Source: Promethearchaeota archaeon (GTDB taxonomy: Archaea; Asgardarchaeota; Lokiarchaeia; Sigyniarchaeales; SOKP01). Taken from it: 64,000 bases of DNA. Under the pieces are notes generated by a model, which saw only the letters and a program-made list of their open reading frames with translations, did no database searches and had not been told where the DNA came from. This document shows positions 9,549 to 19,388 of the stretch, one piece after another (position 1 is the stretch's first letter; each line of letters opens with the position of its first letter). The position numbers and the translations under genes are program-made. The stretch spans positions 1-64,000 of the forward strand of contig JBHLON010000008.1 in the NCBI GenBank assembly GCA_048940445.1, read 5' to 3'.

Positions 9549-10739
9549 TTAGTATGAACTCCTTTTTCTTTTTCGATATATTCGTATTTTGTATTCTATA
9601 TACCACCAGAGGACACCAAGCGGAATACAAAAAAGTAAATTAATTAGCAAGTATAAGGAGCATATTAAAGTATTTTTATCATTGATTCCAAGAAGGCTAG
9701 CACAATAGTGATCACCATAGAGAGAATAAACTATCCCAAAATAAAGGATTTGGGCTAATAATATGTGATAAGTTGATTTTCCAATAATCGCAATAGCTTT
9801 TGCAAATGGACTACCGCTTTTTTTAGGTAAGATTTTCATTGCTAGGAGAAATAAGAAGGCAGAGTAGGGAAACACAAAGAGATTATAATCCCCTCGAATG
9901 AAGGGAAAACGAAATTCAAAAAATTGATATGCAATAATATAGAGTAAACTTAAGGGAAATAAAATCCATATAAGTATATTCTGTTTAGCAAATATTTTTG
10001 GGTTCCTAGATAACCACATACCTAATCCAATGGCAGAAAGCATAAATAAAGGGCTTGTGGCAAACCATAAATATATATGTAAGTAACTATAATATGCTTC
10101 CCAAGTTGGAAATGGAATTATGTGAGTTGGAATATAAACGTAGAAGAAAAATAATAACTGAATCGCTATTTCAATTACAAAGCATGCTATTAGAGTGATT
10201 ATGCGCCAGATTAGTTTACCTGAAAAGCCTTTATATAAAAAGGGTAAGAGAAAGATAGATGCAAAGAGTACTGGTAAAAACCAGTTTCCTGGACCCCAAA
10301 ATGGTAATATTCCTATAAAAAGTTGTCCATAACCCCATTGAGGTTGAAATTGTGTTAAAGCATCAATACCATTGATAGCTATACCAATTGAAGTCGACAA
10401 AACATATAAAATCAAAAATGGAAAAATATAGCGCCAAAATTTTCGTTTAAAGTAATTCCAAGAATAAAGTTCTTTTATCTTTATTTGACCCCTTTGCCTA
10501 AATGAATGACCCGCATTAAATCCTAATATCACCAAAAATACTGGTATAGATATTCGCTCCCATAACGCAACTCCCATATAATCTTTATACATCCAAGGGA
10601 TCGTGTGATCAAAGATCACCAAAAATATCATAATAGCTTTAACTATATCGACTTGGAGGAAATTTTCTCTTTTTGAACCCCTATTTTCAATTTCAATTGA
10701 TATTTCATTCATTTCTCTCTCCTTACTTAAATTAAACAT
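9549..10739 (-). CDS. Acyltransferase family 3 (OafA-like) membrane protein
   Basis: QVDIVKAIMIFLVIFDH, IPVFLVILG, GNWFL, IGKSTYHILLAQ; about 10 TM segments. Confidence 0.85.
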   Translation of the reverse strand: MFNLSKEREMNEISIEIENRGSKRENFLQVDIVKAIMIFLVIFDHTIPWMYKDYMGVALWERISIPVFLVILGFNAGHSFRQRGQIKIKELYSWNYFKRKFWRYIFPFLILYVLSTSIGIAINGIDALTQFQPQWGYGQLFIGILPFWGPGNWFLPVLFASIFLLPFLYKGFSGKLIWRIITLIACFVIEIAIQLLFFFYVYIPTHIIPFPTWEAYYSYLHIYLWFATSPLFMLSAIGLGMWLSRNPKIFAKQNILIWILFPLSLLYIIAYQFFEFRFPFIRGDYNLFVFPYSAFLFLLAMKILPKKSGSPFAKAIAIIGKSTYHILLAQILYFGIVYSLYGDHYCASLLGINDKNTLICSLYLLINLLFCIPLGVLWWYIEYKIRIYRKRKRSSY

Positions 10740-10856
10740 AATAAAAATTACAAAACCAAAAATTTGGAAACTTTTTAAATTTACTAAATTTCTTTATATA
10801 AGTGTTAAAACTTTAAAAAGGAAGAGAAAGCCAATAGACTGTATTTTTACTATTAT

Positions 10857-11339
10857 CTATTCAGAGATTATCTCAAAAATCATTTTTTCTATTATGGGTT
10901 TCTTGGTATATCTCTTATCATAATACCAACCAACCAAATGAGGTTCTTGTTGTTTGTCTGGAACTGACGGAATAATTATTATCATAACTCCGTTGGATAA
11001 ATACTTTAATATTCTCTTATCTATACCATGAAGTTTCTCATTTCCTCCAGGATGAGAATGTCCTTGCCACACTATATCCACACCAAGCTCTTGTTTAAAT
11101 TTACGCATATTATAAATTTTTGATTTTTTGTAACGCATCCAACTTCTGGGTTTTACATGAGCTTTAGTCTTACGTAAATCGGAATTTATTATAAATTTAG
11201 TTACAATGCCAAAATTTTCTTTTCGATCAGCAAATATCCAAAAGTGGATGATATAGGGATATTCTTCAGCTGCTTTTTGAGTGATTTCATCAAAAATTCG
11301 TTGGGGTATGAGATATCGAAAATCTTTCGCTGCACTCAT
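10857..11339 (-). CDS. JAB/MPN-domain protein (divergent JAMM motif)
   Basis: I..KAAEEYP, GHSHPGG....H.ID, terminal beta strand MIIII. Confidence 0.75.
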   Translation of the reverse strand: MSAAKDFRYLIPQRIFDEITQKAAEEYPYIIHFWIFADRKENFGIVTKFIINSDLRKTKAHVKPRSWMRYKKSKIYNMRKFKQELGVDIVWQGHSHPGGNEKLHGIDKRILKYLSNGVMIIIIPSVPDKQQEPHLVGWYYDKRYTKKPIIEKMIFEIISE

Positions 11340-11516
11340 TTTTACACCATCTCAATTAGAGTTAAATATAGGGCAAAATTTATATTTTTCCGTAAATAAC
11401 GCCGAAGCTTGATGATTCTAAAGAGAAGAATGAAAAAAGATTTATTTTATCAAATATACACTACTTTAATATTAGAAGTCTGATTAGACTACTATATAAT
11501 TTAAGGTTTTTGTTAA

Positions 11517-11617
11517 GCAGACGTAGCCTAGTTGGTAAGACGCCAGCCTTGAGTAATATCTTATTCAAGTAAGCTGGTGCGCAAAAGCGCTCGAGGGTTC
11601 GAGTCCCTCCGTCTGCG
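11517..11617 (+). tRNA. tRNA-Ser(TGA) with canonical 37/38 intron (11554-11571, 18 nt)
   Basis: Acceptor GCAGACG/CGTCTGC; strict BHB ccagc-cttg-agt-aata-tct-tatt-caag-taa-gctgg; long variable arm. Confidence 0.95.
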
Positions 11618-11647
11618 CTTAAACACAGAATAAATTTCGGAATTTTA

Positions 11648-11752
11648 CGGGCTATAGGGGATTTCCAATCATTAGGGAAAACCTAATGGAATTTTGAACC
11701 CCCGACCTGCCGGTTAAGAGCCGGTTGCGCTACCTGACTGCGCCAATAGCCC
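11648..11752 (-). tRNA. tRNA-Lys(CTT) with a 31-nt T-loop intron at 59/60 (11662-11692)
   Basis: Acceptor GGGCTAT/ATAGCCC, anticodon loop CT CTT AA; removing the insert restores T loop TTCAAAT. Confidence 0.92.
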
Positions 11753-11871
11753 ATTCATAGGTATAATTGTTTAGTTAAATAAGGTATAAATAATATAAGA
11801 AATCTTCTATTTTAGAAAAATAACATTATAAACAACATGAAATAGGTTTCCTTTGGGATTCTCATAGAATT

Positions 11872-12825
11872 TTATAAATATTTAAAAATGATTTCAAAAT
11901 CAGAAAAATCGAAGGGTTTTAGGATCATACCATCAGCTTTAATTTCTTTCATATGTTTTTCAACTTCAGATCCGGGGATAGCAGTCAACACAAATACTGG
12001 AATATTCTTTAACATGGAATCTGATTTTATTATTTTACAGATTTCATACCCACTATAATCCGGTAAGATAATATCTAGTAATATTAATTTGGGAAGGTTA
12101 TTCCTTAATTCTTCGATTCCTTTAGTACCACTAACGACACCCTGGCAAGAATATCCTTTACTTTCAAAATAGCTTGTGAGGAGTCTAATAGTGGCTAAAT
12201 CATCTTCAATTAATAAAATATCATACTGACTTGATTCTGTTTTTATATTGTCAAGGATATTAATTATCCTATTCTCAAGAAGGATGGATTGATCAAATAT
12301 ATTTTGAATTGTCGTCAAAATTTTATCATCCAATTGGTCTTGATAATTTTCAAGCAATAGTTGGGAAAAACCTTTTATTGTAGTTAGGGGTTCTTTTAAT
12401 GCATGAGATAGATTAGTTAAGGCTTCAGTATCTAATTTATCAAATCCTTCAGCTAAAATACTGGACTTTTCATGAATAAAATAGTCCACGGCATCCCTAA
12501 TAAGTTTTGAAATTGTGTTGTAAGCTTCTTTATTTTGATTTATAAAATCTTGCCAATCATCTTTAGTTTCTTCAGAAACATACAGAGAAATTCGTTCTTT
12601 ATCGCGATCATATATTTTTTCTCCCTTTAACCATCGTTTAAAAGCTTCTGTAACATTTCCACGCCAGACAGCATATTTATCAGTTTCCTCTTTATACTTT
12701 TTCATGAGAGTTTTTACTTTTTGGCTCTCTAAATCAAGATTTTCAATTTCTTCATCTGTCATTAATGGAGTATTATTCTCATCCTTATCATTGTGGTTAC
12801 GGTCTTGAATTTCCTGATCAACCAT
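11872..12825 (-). CDS. RHH + HisKA(DHp)-like + receiver domain protein (paralog A)
   Basis: RISLYVSEETKDDW...TISKLIRDAV (RHH-like); SHALKEPLTTIKG (H-box-like); REC motifs IEDD, LLDIILPD, VLTA, KPF; no HATPase domain. Confidence 0.85.
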   Translation of the reverse strand: MVDQEIQDRNHNDKDENNTPLMTDEEIENLDLESQKVKTLMKKYKEETDKYAVWRGNVTEAFKRWLKGEKIYDRDKERISLYVSEETKDDWQDFINQNKEAYNTISKLIRDAVDYFIHEKSSILAEGFDKLDTEALTNLSHALKEPLTTIKGFSQLLLENYQDQLDDKILTTIQNIFDQSILLENRIINILDNIKTESSQYDILLIEDDLATIRLLTSYFESKGYSCQGVVSGTKGIEELRNNLPKLILLDIILPDYSGYEICKIIKSDSMLKNIPVFVLTAIPGSEVEKHMKEIKADGMILKPFDFSDFEIIFKYL

Positions 12826-12958
12826 GGATCTCAGTATGTATAAATTTAATCTTTGTATGTAAAAAATATTTGAAAATTAATATTAATTACCAGATTAAAT
12901 TTAGTTTTTGTAAAAATAAAAAATTTTTTTTTAGAAAAATTAAAAATGTGATTTAAAT

Positions 12959-13918
12959 TTAACCATTTTTTAAAATGTCAAAAATGACTCCAAAGTCAGA
13001 AAAGTTAAATGGTTTTAAAATATATCCATCTGCTTTTGTTTCTTTTAGGTGTTTTTCAACTTCGGAACCAGAAATAGCTGTTAAGAAGAAAGTTGGTATC
13101 TTTTTGAACTCTTTATCTGATTTAATTGTTTTGCATATATCATAACCACTCAGGTCCGGTAAAATTATATCTAGTAAGATTACTTTTGGTTGTGCTCTGC
13201 CTAATTCCTCCAATCCTTTTGATCCACTGACCACGCCTTTGCAAAGATATCCTTTACTATCAAAATAACTCGTAATTAATCGAATTGTTGCTAAATCATC
13301 TTCTATTAGAAGAATATCATAATCATGGTTTTGAATCTTAATGTTATCCAAAAAGCTTATTATTCTATTTTCAAGAATAGTACTTTGCTCTAATATATTC
13401 TTTAGTTTTTCTTGAACATCTTCGCTTAATTTTTCTTTATAACTCTCATTTTCAAATAAAAATTGAGAGTAACCTTTGATTGAGGTAAGTGGTTCCTTTA
13501 ATGCGTGAGAAATATTGGAAATTGTTTTTTGATTCAATTTTGATAATGGATTTTTTCCTAGTTTCGAATCTTCTATAAAAGTATTGACCCCTTGCCGTAT
13601 TAGCTCAGAAAAAGTGGGAAATTCCTTTTTGTTATTATTGATAAATTCTTGCCATTCATTTTTAGTTTTCTCCTCTACATAAAGGGAAATTCGTTCTTTT
13701 TCGCGACTATAAATCTTTTCTCCTTTTAACCATTTCTTAAATGCCTCAGTAACATTCCCACGCCAAACAGCATGTCGTTCTGTCTGCTCTTCATACAATT
13801 CTATAAGTTTTTTCCCCAATTGACTTTCTAAATCTAGATTTTCAATTTCTTCTTCAGTGAGTGTTGTTCTAATATCATCAAATTCACTTTCTGACTGATT
13901 TTGTCTTTCTTCCGACAT
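12959..13918 (-). CDS. RHH + HisKA(DHp)-like + receiver domain protein (paralog B)
   Basis: Same architecture and strong similarity to 11872-12825; frame stays open upstream to ATC 13987, which has an SD. Confidence 0.85.
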   Translation of the reverse strand: MSEERQNQSESEFDDIRTTLTEEEIENLDLESQLGKKLIELYEEQTERHAVWRGNVTEAFKKWLKGEKIYSREKERISLYVEEKTKNEWQEFINNNKKEFPTFSELIRQGVNTFIEDSKLGKNPLSKLNQKTISNISHALKEPLTSIKGYSQFLFENESYKEKLSEDVQEKLKNILEQSTILENRIISFLDNIKIQNHDYDILLIEDDLATIRLITSYFDSKGYLCKGVVSGSKGLEELGRAQPKVILLDIILPDLSGYDICKTIKSDKEFKKIPTFFLTAISGSEVEKHLKETKADGYILKPFNFSDFGVIFDILKNG

Positions 13919-14517
13919 ATCTTTTTTTGAATGGTCTAATTCCTGTTCTTTTTCCTTATCATTAGATTTATGAGGGGCTTTAGTGATTTAAGTTTCACCT
14001 TCATATTTGGTCAGAAATATGAATTAACGATTTGTTATCAAATCAAAAAGATAATATATTTCATATATTTAATTTTATGTAATTGAAAATTTTTGAGTTA
14101 AGAGCGTAATAAGCTGTTAAAATCGATAATAAATTTTTTTTATGCCCTTCAATTCGTGTGAAAAAATTGAAAAACAACTACATTTGAGAACATTGATGTA
14201 ATGATAAAATCATGTCTGGATATTATGTGACTTTATTAACTCCCTTTACACCAAACACTTTATAAAAAAAATTATCAATGATTTTATACTTTTAATCAAA
14301 ATTTTAATTTGTTGTAAAAAAAAAAAAAAGAAAATTAGTTAGTAAAAAGTTCATAAAAAAAATGATTTTGACCAAAATATTTAAATATTAAAAGACCTAA
14401 TTTGATCATAACAAAAAAAGTTTGTGTGTGTAAAAAGGTATATTTTTGTACTCAAAGTTCCTATGAAAAAAGCGACAAAATTTGAGTAAAATTTTTCAAG
14501 GTTGAGGGATAAAAAGT

Positions 14518-15408
14518 ATGGTTGTTGAAATAGATGAGCTGTCTAATATTTGCCCAGAATGTGGTGGGTCAACAATTATAAGTCAAGAAAGAGGAGAAAC
14601 TGTATGTAAGCAATGTGGGTTAGTTGTTGGAGAGAGGGGACTAGATATTAATCATAGTGGTATTCGAGCATATTCAAAACATGAAAAAGATAAGAAGGAA
14701 AGAACCGGCTCACCCATGTCAATACTGATGCCTGATATTGGTTTAAGTACGGTTATTGATAGAACAAAAATTAAAAATCCAGATTTAAGAAGGGCAGCAA
14801 AATGGAATACCCATTTATCTTGGGAAAAACGGAATATGCTCATGGCTATAACAGAGCTGAAGAGAATTGGAGGAAATTTAAATTTTCCTGAGAGAGTAAA
14901 GAAATCAGCAGTTCGGTTGTATAAAGAGGTTTTTAAAAGGCAATTGCTAAGGGGACGCTCTATTAATGGAATGGTTGCTGCTTGTGCTTATTATGCTTGT
15001 AAAGATGAAAGGGTACCAATTACTCTTCAAGAGATATTAGATGAGGCTTCAATTAATGATAATATTGTAAAAAAATGTTATAAAATTCTTATCAGAGAAT
15101 TAAATTTAAAGATTTCTCATATAGATCCTGTTTCTCTAATACCACGTTATTGTGCTGATTTGAATTTGGGAATTGAGGTTGAAAATGAAGCAGTTCAAGT
15201 GCTCCAGAACTATATAAAGAGAAGATCTATATCGGGAAAGGACCCTAAAGGTTTATGTGCAGGTTCCTTATACTTAATAGCAAAATTAAGAAATGTTAAG
15301 GTGAGTCAAAAAGACATTTCTCGAATAGTGGGTGTTACAGAGGTAACCCTACGTTCTCGTTATAAAGAATTGTTGAAAAATATTACGTTAAATTTTAAAG
15401 GGCATTAA
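14518..15408 (+). CDS. tfb: Transcription initiation factor B (TFB/TFIIB paralog)
   Basis: Zn ribbon CPECG...CKQCG, two cyclin repeats (LLRGRS, GKDPKGLCAG), VGVTEVTLRSRYKEL. Confidence 0.95.
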   Translation: MVVEIDELSNICPECGGSTIISQERGETVCKQCGLVVGERGLDINHSGIRAYSKHEKDKKERTGSPMSILMPDIGLSTVIDRTKIKNPDLRRAAKWNTHLSWEKRNMLMAITELKRIGGNLNFPERVKKSAVRLYKEVFKRQLLRGRSINGMVAACAYYACKDERVPITLQEILDEASINDNIVKKCYKILIRELNLKISHIDPVSLIPRYCADLNLGIEVENEAVQVLQNYIKRRSISGKDPKGLCAGSLYLIAKLRNVKVSQKDISRIVGVTEVTLRSRYKELLKNITLNFKGH

Positions 15409-15501
15409 ATTTCTTATTTTCTTTCTTCTCTATTTATTTAAATATAAATGAATTAGTTACAAAGGGATTGAATTTATTTAAGAGCGAATTTTTATTTAAA
15501 A

Positions 15502-16488
15502 ATGCGACGTTGGATTTTAATATTAATTTTTCCTATATTTGTAATTTTTAGTATCATGTTAATATATATCCTATTTGTTGATTTACATAATTTGTTTCTT
15601 GGAGTTTCTTTTTCGATTGTTTCCTTTTCCGTTAGTTTGGCTCTTTTTAAAGCGGGAATCCATCGTCTTGAAAGTCATTTTAAGAATATTTCGAAAAGCA
15701 CTGTAGACATTCAAAAGTTGGAAGTCAATTTCGATGATGGTGTTAAATCAACTGGGTTTTTTTATCGTTCAGTTTCAGAAACAAAATTAACTCCTGATGG
15801 ACGGCGATACGATAAACCAAGACCGACAGTTATATTTTTTCATGGATTTTGGACAAGAAAAGAAGTTAATGAAATTAATCTCATTAATTTAGCCCATATG
15901 GGATATGTTGCTGTCGCTTTTGATCAAAGAGGGCATGGAGAAGCGGGTGGTAATAAAGCAGAGTGGTATAAACTATACACTGATGTCGATAATATTCTCG
16001 ACCTAATCTGCTCTATTGAGGACGTCAGGAAGGGTTCTTTATGTTGTATAGGAAAATCTATGGGAGGCACTTCTGTACTGACCAAATGTTATCAAGATGA
16101 GCGTGTTGCGATGGTTATTGGAATTAGTGCATTACATGATGTCGAAATTCTGACCATGGGAAAATTTCCGTTTCTTTCTTCCGGATGGTTCGTTAAGCAC
16201 GTTATATCGAAAGTGAAGGATGATGAAACTCTAAAGTTATGCGCACATTATTTCTTGAAAAATGATCCAAAATTTAATAAAAATCGTGTTTATCTTATTC
16301 ATGGTGAACTTGATAATATTTTTCCACCCTCACTAACTTTTGAGTTAAACAAAAAGCAAGCCAGAATACCAGAAGATCATGCCATTTTATTAAAAAATTG
16401 TGGTCATAGTATGGAAGGGCAAGAATCATTAATTTTTGGGATTATTCTTAAATGGATACTTGAAAATACGGCTATGAAGCTAAACTAA
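15502..16488 (+). CDS. Membrane-anchored alpha/beta hydrolase
   Basis: Two N-terminal TM helices, FFHG, FDQRGHG, nucleophile elbow GKSMGG, HGELD, CGH. Confidence 0.9.
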   Translation: MRRWILILIFPIFVIFSIMLIYILFVDLHNLFLGVSFSIVSFSVSLALFKAGIHRLESHFKNISKSTVDIQKLEVNFDDGVKSTGFFYRSVSETKLTPDGRRYDKPRPTVIFFHGFWTRKEVNEINLINLAHMGYVAVAFDQRGHGEAGGNKAEWYKLYTDVDNILDLICSIEDVRKGSLCCIGKSMGGTSVLTKCYQDERVAMVIGISALHDVEILTMGKFPFLSSGWFVKHVISKVKDDETLKLCAHYFLKNDPKFNKNRVYLIHGELDNIFPPSLTFELNKKQARIPEDHAILLKNCGHSMEGQESLIFGIILKWILENTAMKLN

Positions 16489-16519
16489 TAAATCATATGA
16501 ATAAACCGAATGAATAAAT

Positions 16520-17248
16520 TTATTTCCTATATCCTGTTCTACGGGCTGCTATCAATCCAACTTTTCTCCCGGGTGGAGCAGTTCGAGGTGTAGTTGTAGA
16601 AATATGAGGATGCTTATGTCTTCCACCTCCAAATGGATGATCGCTCGCATTCATAGCAGATCCACGAACCACAGGCCATTTTGTTGCTTTAGATGTTAAG
16701 GAATGGAACTTGTTGCCTGCTTTTAAAAAGGGTTTATCAGTTCTACCACCACCAGCGACAACTCCAACTGTACAAAAACATTTTTCATTAAACCATTTAC
16801 TTTTTTTAGAACGGAATAATAACTGAACTTTATCTTTCGACTTGTTTTGCACAATGGCCGCAACGCCTGATGCGCGCGCAAATTTCCCGCCATCTTGAGG
16901 GGTTCCCTCAATGTTAAAAACGAGAGTACCTAAGGGAATTTTTTTTAGAGGAAGGATATTTCCAACTACGACATTCTGACCATATCCTGTTTTTGATTGA
17001 ATGAACTCTTCTCCTTCATAAATTCCTTCTGGGGGTAACCAAAATCCTTTCTGACCATCGTCATACTGTACCTTGGCTATTGGAGCCCCCCTTCCGGGTG
17101 AATGAACTAGCTCTAACACTTTAAAGGTACGAGTTTTTTCCTTCTCTTTGAATGGTCGATATCGAATACGACCTAGATGGCGATGACTTGGAGATCGTGC
17201 CCATAAGTTTCCGTGTCCCTTCCTTTGTACTAATATACGTTTTCCCAC
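16520..17248 (-). CDS. rpl2: 50S ribosomal protein L2 (uL2)
   Basis: GKRILVQRKG, HSPGRGAP, WPVVRGSAMNASDHPFGGG, PPGRKVGLIAARRTG; GTG 17248 sits 5 nt after SD-like AGTGA. Confidence 0.97.
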   Translation of the reverse strand: MGKRILVQRKGHGNLWARSPSHRHLGRIRYRPFKEKEKTRTFKVLELVHSPGRGAPIAKVQYDDGQKGFWLPPEGIYEGEEFIQSKTGYGQNVVVGNILPLKKIPLGTLVFNIEGTPQDGGKFARASGVAAIVQNKSKDKVQLLFRSKKSKWFNEKCFCTVGVVAGGGRTDKPFLKAGNKFHSLTSKATKWPVVRGSAMNASDHPFGGGRHKHPHISTTTPRTAPPGRKVGLIAARRTGYRK

Positions 17249-17409
17249 AAGTATCACTGATATTATCGAATTATTGTTGTGTAATTAAAGAAAGTTTAAA
17301 TTTTTTTTCATTTTATGAGACTTTTTAGAGATTTAACCTCTATTATCCGATTTTAGGTGTTAATTTAGAAAAGTCAAAATTTTTTTAAGAAAAAAATATA
17401 TGAATTAAG

Positions 17410-17916
17410 TTAAACATTTTCTAATTTTGAACCACAAGCGCCACAAAAATTCTCCTCACCAGTTATTGGAGCTCCACAATTTGGACAGAATTTTTTTTCC
17501 TCACTTGGGGATGATTCTGTTTCTAATTGGGGTTCTTTTGATTCCATTTCCAACGTTTTTTCTTCTTGAACACCCTTGCTTGAAACTTCATTGTAAATTG
17601 AAGTCCAAATCTTCTGGATAGGCAAGTTTTTTCCATGAGTAGGACAATACGATCTAATTAAGGTCCAAGGTCCTTTTATTTTCATATAATCTACTTTAGC
17701 TTCTTGGCCACACTTAAAACAGCGGAATATTGCATCCTTGAGATAAGGAATAAATAAATCTTTTTGCATAAGAGGAACATTATACTTTCGTCCGCCATGA
17801 ATAGGACATCTTTGCTTAATCACAATTCTGTTCCCCGCCACTTTTAAAACATAGATAGCGCCCATGGCACCACAACGTGGACAACTAAACATTTTGCTAT
17901 AATCTTGCTCTGTCAT
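17410..17916 (-). CDS. Multi-zinc-finger protein (two CxxC..CPxH repeats + C-terminal zinc ribbon)
   Basis: CPRCG...CPIHG, CFKCG...CPTHG, CPNCG...FCGACG. Confidence 0.8.
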   Translation of the reverse strand: MTEQDYSKMFSCPRCGAMGAIYVLKVAGNRIVIKQRCPIHGGRKYNVPLMQKDLFIPYLKDAIFRCFKCGQEAKVDYMKIKGPWTLIRSYCPTHGKNLPIQKIWTSIYNEVSSKGVQEEKTLEMESKEPQLETESSPSEEKKFCPNCGAPITGEENFCGACGSKLENV

Positions 17917-18029
17917 TGAATTTTCTCATCGATATTCATTTATTAAGAAAAAAAAGATACTTCTAACTTAAATTTTTTATTGTGCCAAATTTTTGAATAA
18001 ATAAAATATATGTTTATTGGAATAATAGA

Positions 18030-19388
18030 TCAGAGTTTTTTATCTTTTAGTAATTGATCAATATTGTAATTAAATGCAATTGGCAATTCTCTATCTATAA
18101 ATTCACCCGCGATATTTTTTAGTAATAATCCTTTTATCTCGTTTGGTTCATTTGTCTGCCCTAAGACCCATCCAAGCTTTATATATCCGGTTTCCGGCAG
18201 AAGATTTCGGCCAGAAATAACTCCCATATTAAGTAATTCTCGGCCTGTTGAATAAACATTCATTCCAGTAAAACCATGTAAGGTTTGGACTGTCATTAAA
18301 ACTATAATTCCCTCTTGAATTGCTCTTTCAATTGCTTTATAAATAGTATTACTTATATGACCTAGTCCTGTACCTGCTATTACTATACCTTTATATTTTT
18401 TATCAATATAGAAATCAATTAATTCACCCTCTAAACTTGGATATGAGTAAATTAAGGCTACTTTCTTTTCAAATTTAGTCAGAGCAATAACTTGCTGCTT
18501 TTTTCTCTTATGATAGTTATGTTTAAACATTTTGACCGTTCGATTTCTAACCATCCCGAGAGGGATATCATCTATGGTTCTAAAAGTATCTCTCACTGAT
18601 GAATGCATTTTTCTAGCTAGAGTACCTCTGTGAATTAATCCATAGTCATGTGATGATGATCCTAACATCATTATCACTACTTCTGCTATGTCAGATGTGG
18701 AAACTGTGGCAGCATTAATTAAGTTTAAAGCAGCATCTGAGGATGGACGATCTGAGCTCCTTTGACTGCCTGTTAAGACTACTGGAATCGATAAGTTTTT
18801 CAACATAAAAGATAATGCAGCACTTGTGAAGCTCATTGTATCAGTCCCATGACCAATAATTATTCCCTCAACACCTGAATTTGCAGCTTCCTTTATTTTT
18901 ACAGCTAACTTTTGCCAATCCTCTGGTTTCATATTCTCAGATAATTTTTCAAATACGGATTCGCACTCAAGATTACAAATTTCTGCCAATTCTGGAACAG
19001 AACTAAATAGTTCACCAGGTGTGAACGAGGGTATTACCGCACCTGTCGTGTAGTCTAACCGAGAAGCCACAGTTCCACCAGTACCTAACATTTTAATATT
19101 AGGAAGATTATCATTCTTTGGAAATTCTTTTTCAGGGATTTTATAATGAGCCTCTTTTTTACCAATTTTCTTTATTTCTTTAATATCATTAATATTTATC
19201 CCAATATTGTAATTATTTTCTAGTTTAATTTCTATTAGATTTGGAGCTGATTGCTCATATCGAGGTAGCAATATCCCTTCTAACTGGGTTCTTCTAGTTT
19301 TTAAATTAATTATATCCCAAACATTTAACTTATTTCTTTCTAGAAATTCTTTAGCTTTTCCTCTATAACCTTTTAACATATCATCCAT
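18030..19388 (-). CDS. gatD: Glu-tRNA(Gln) amidotransferase subunit D
   Basis: TGGTVASRLDY, HGTDT, GSQRSSDRPSSD, RKMHSS. Confidence 0.97.
   Translation of the reverse strand: MDDMLKGYRGKAKEFLERNKLNVWDIINLKTRRTQLEGILLPRYEQSAPNLIEIKLENNYNIGININDIKEIKKIGKKEAHYKIPEKEFPKNDNLPNIKMLGTGGTVASRLDYTTGAVIPSFTPGELFSSVPELAEICNLECESVFEKLSENMKPEDWQKLAVKIKEAANSGVEGIIIGHGTDTMSFTSAALSFMLKNLSIPVVLTGSQRSSDRPSSDAALNLINAATVSTSDIAEVVIMMLGSSSHDYGLIHRGTLARKMHSSVRDTFRTIDDIPLGMVRNRTVKMFKHNYHKRKKQQVIALTKFEKKVALIYSYPSLEGELIDFYIDKKYKGIVIAGTGLGHISNTIYKAIERAIQEGIIVLMTVQTLHGFTGMNVYSTGRELLNMGVISGRNLLPETGYIKLGWVLGQTNEPNEIKGLLLKNIAGEFIDRELPIAFNYNIDQLLKDKKL

Noticed and set aside
11409-11483. Possible C/D box sRNA (TTGATGA ... 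CTGA)
   Set aside because: No clear C'/D' boxes or guide complementarity; overlaps AT-rich promoter sequence and could be chance
9224-11752. Integrated element between the tRNA genes
   Set aside because: No integrase and no duplicated tRNA 3' end (att site) seen
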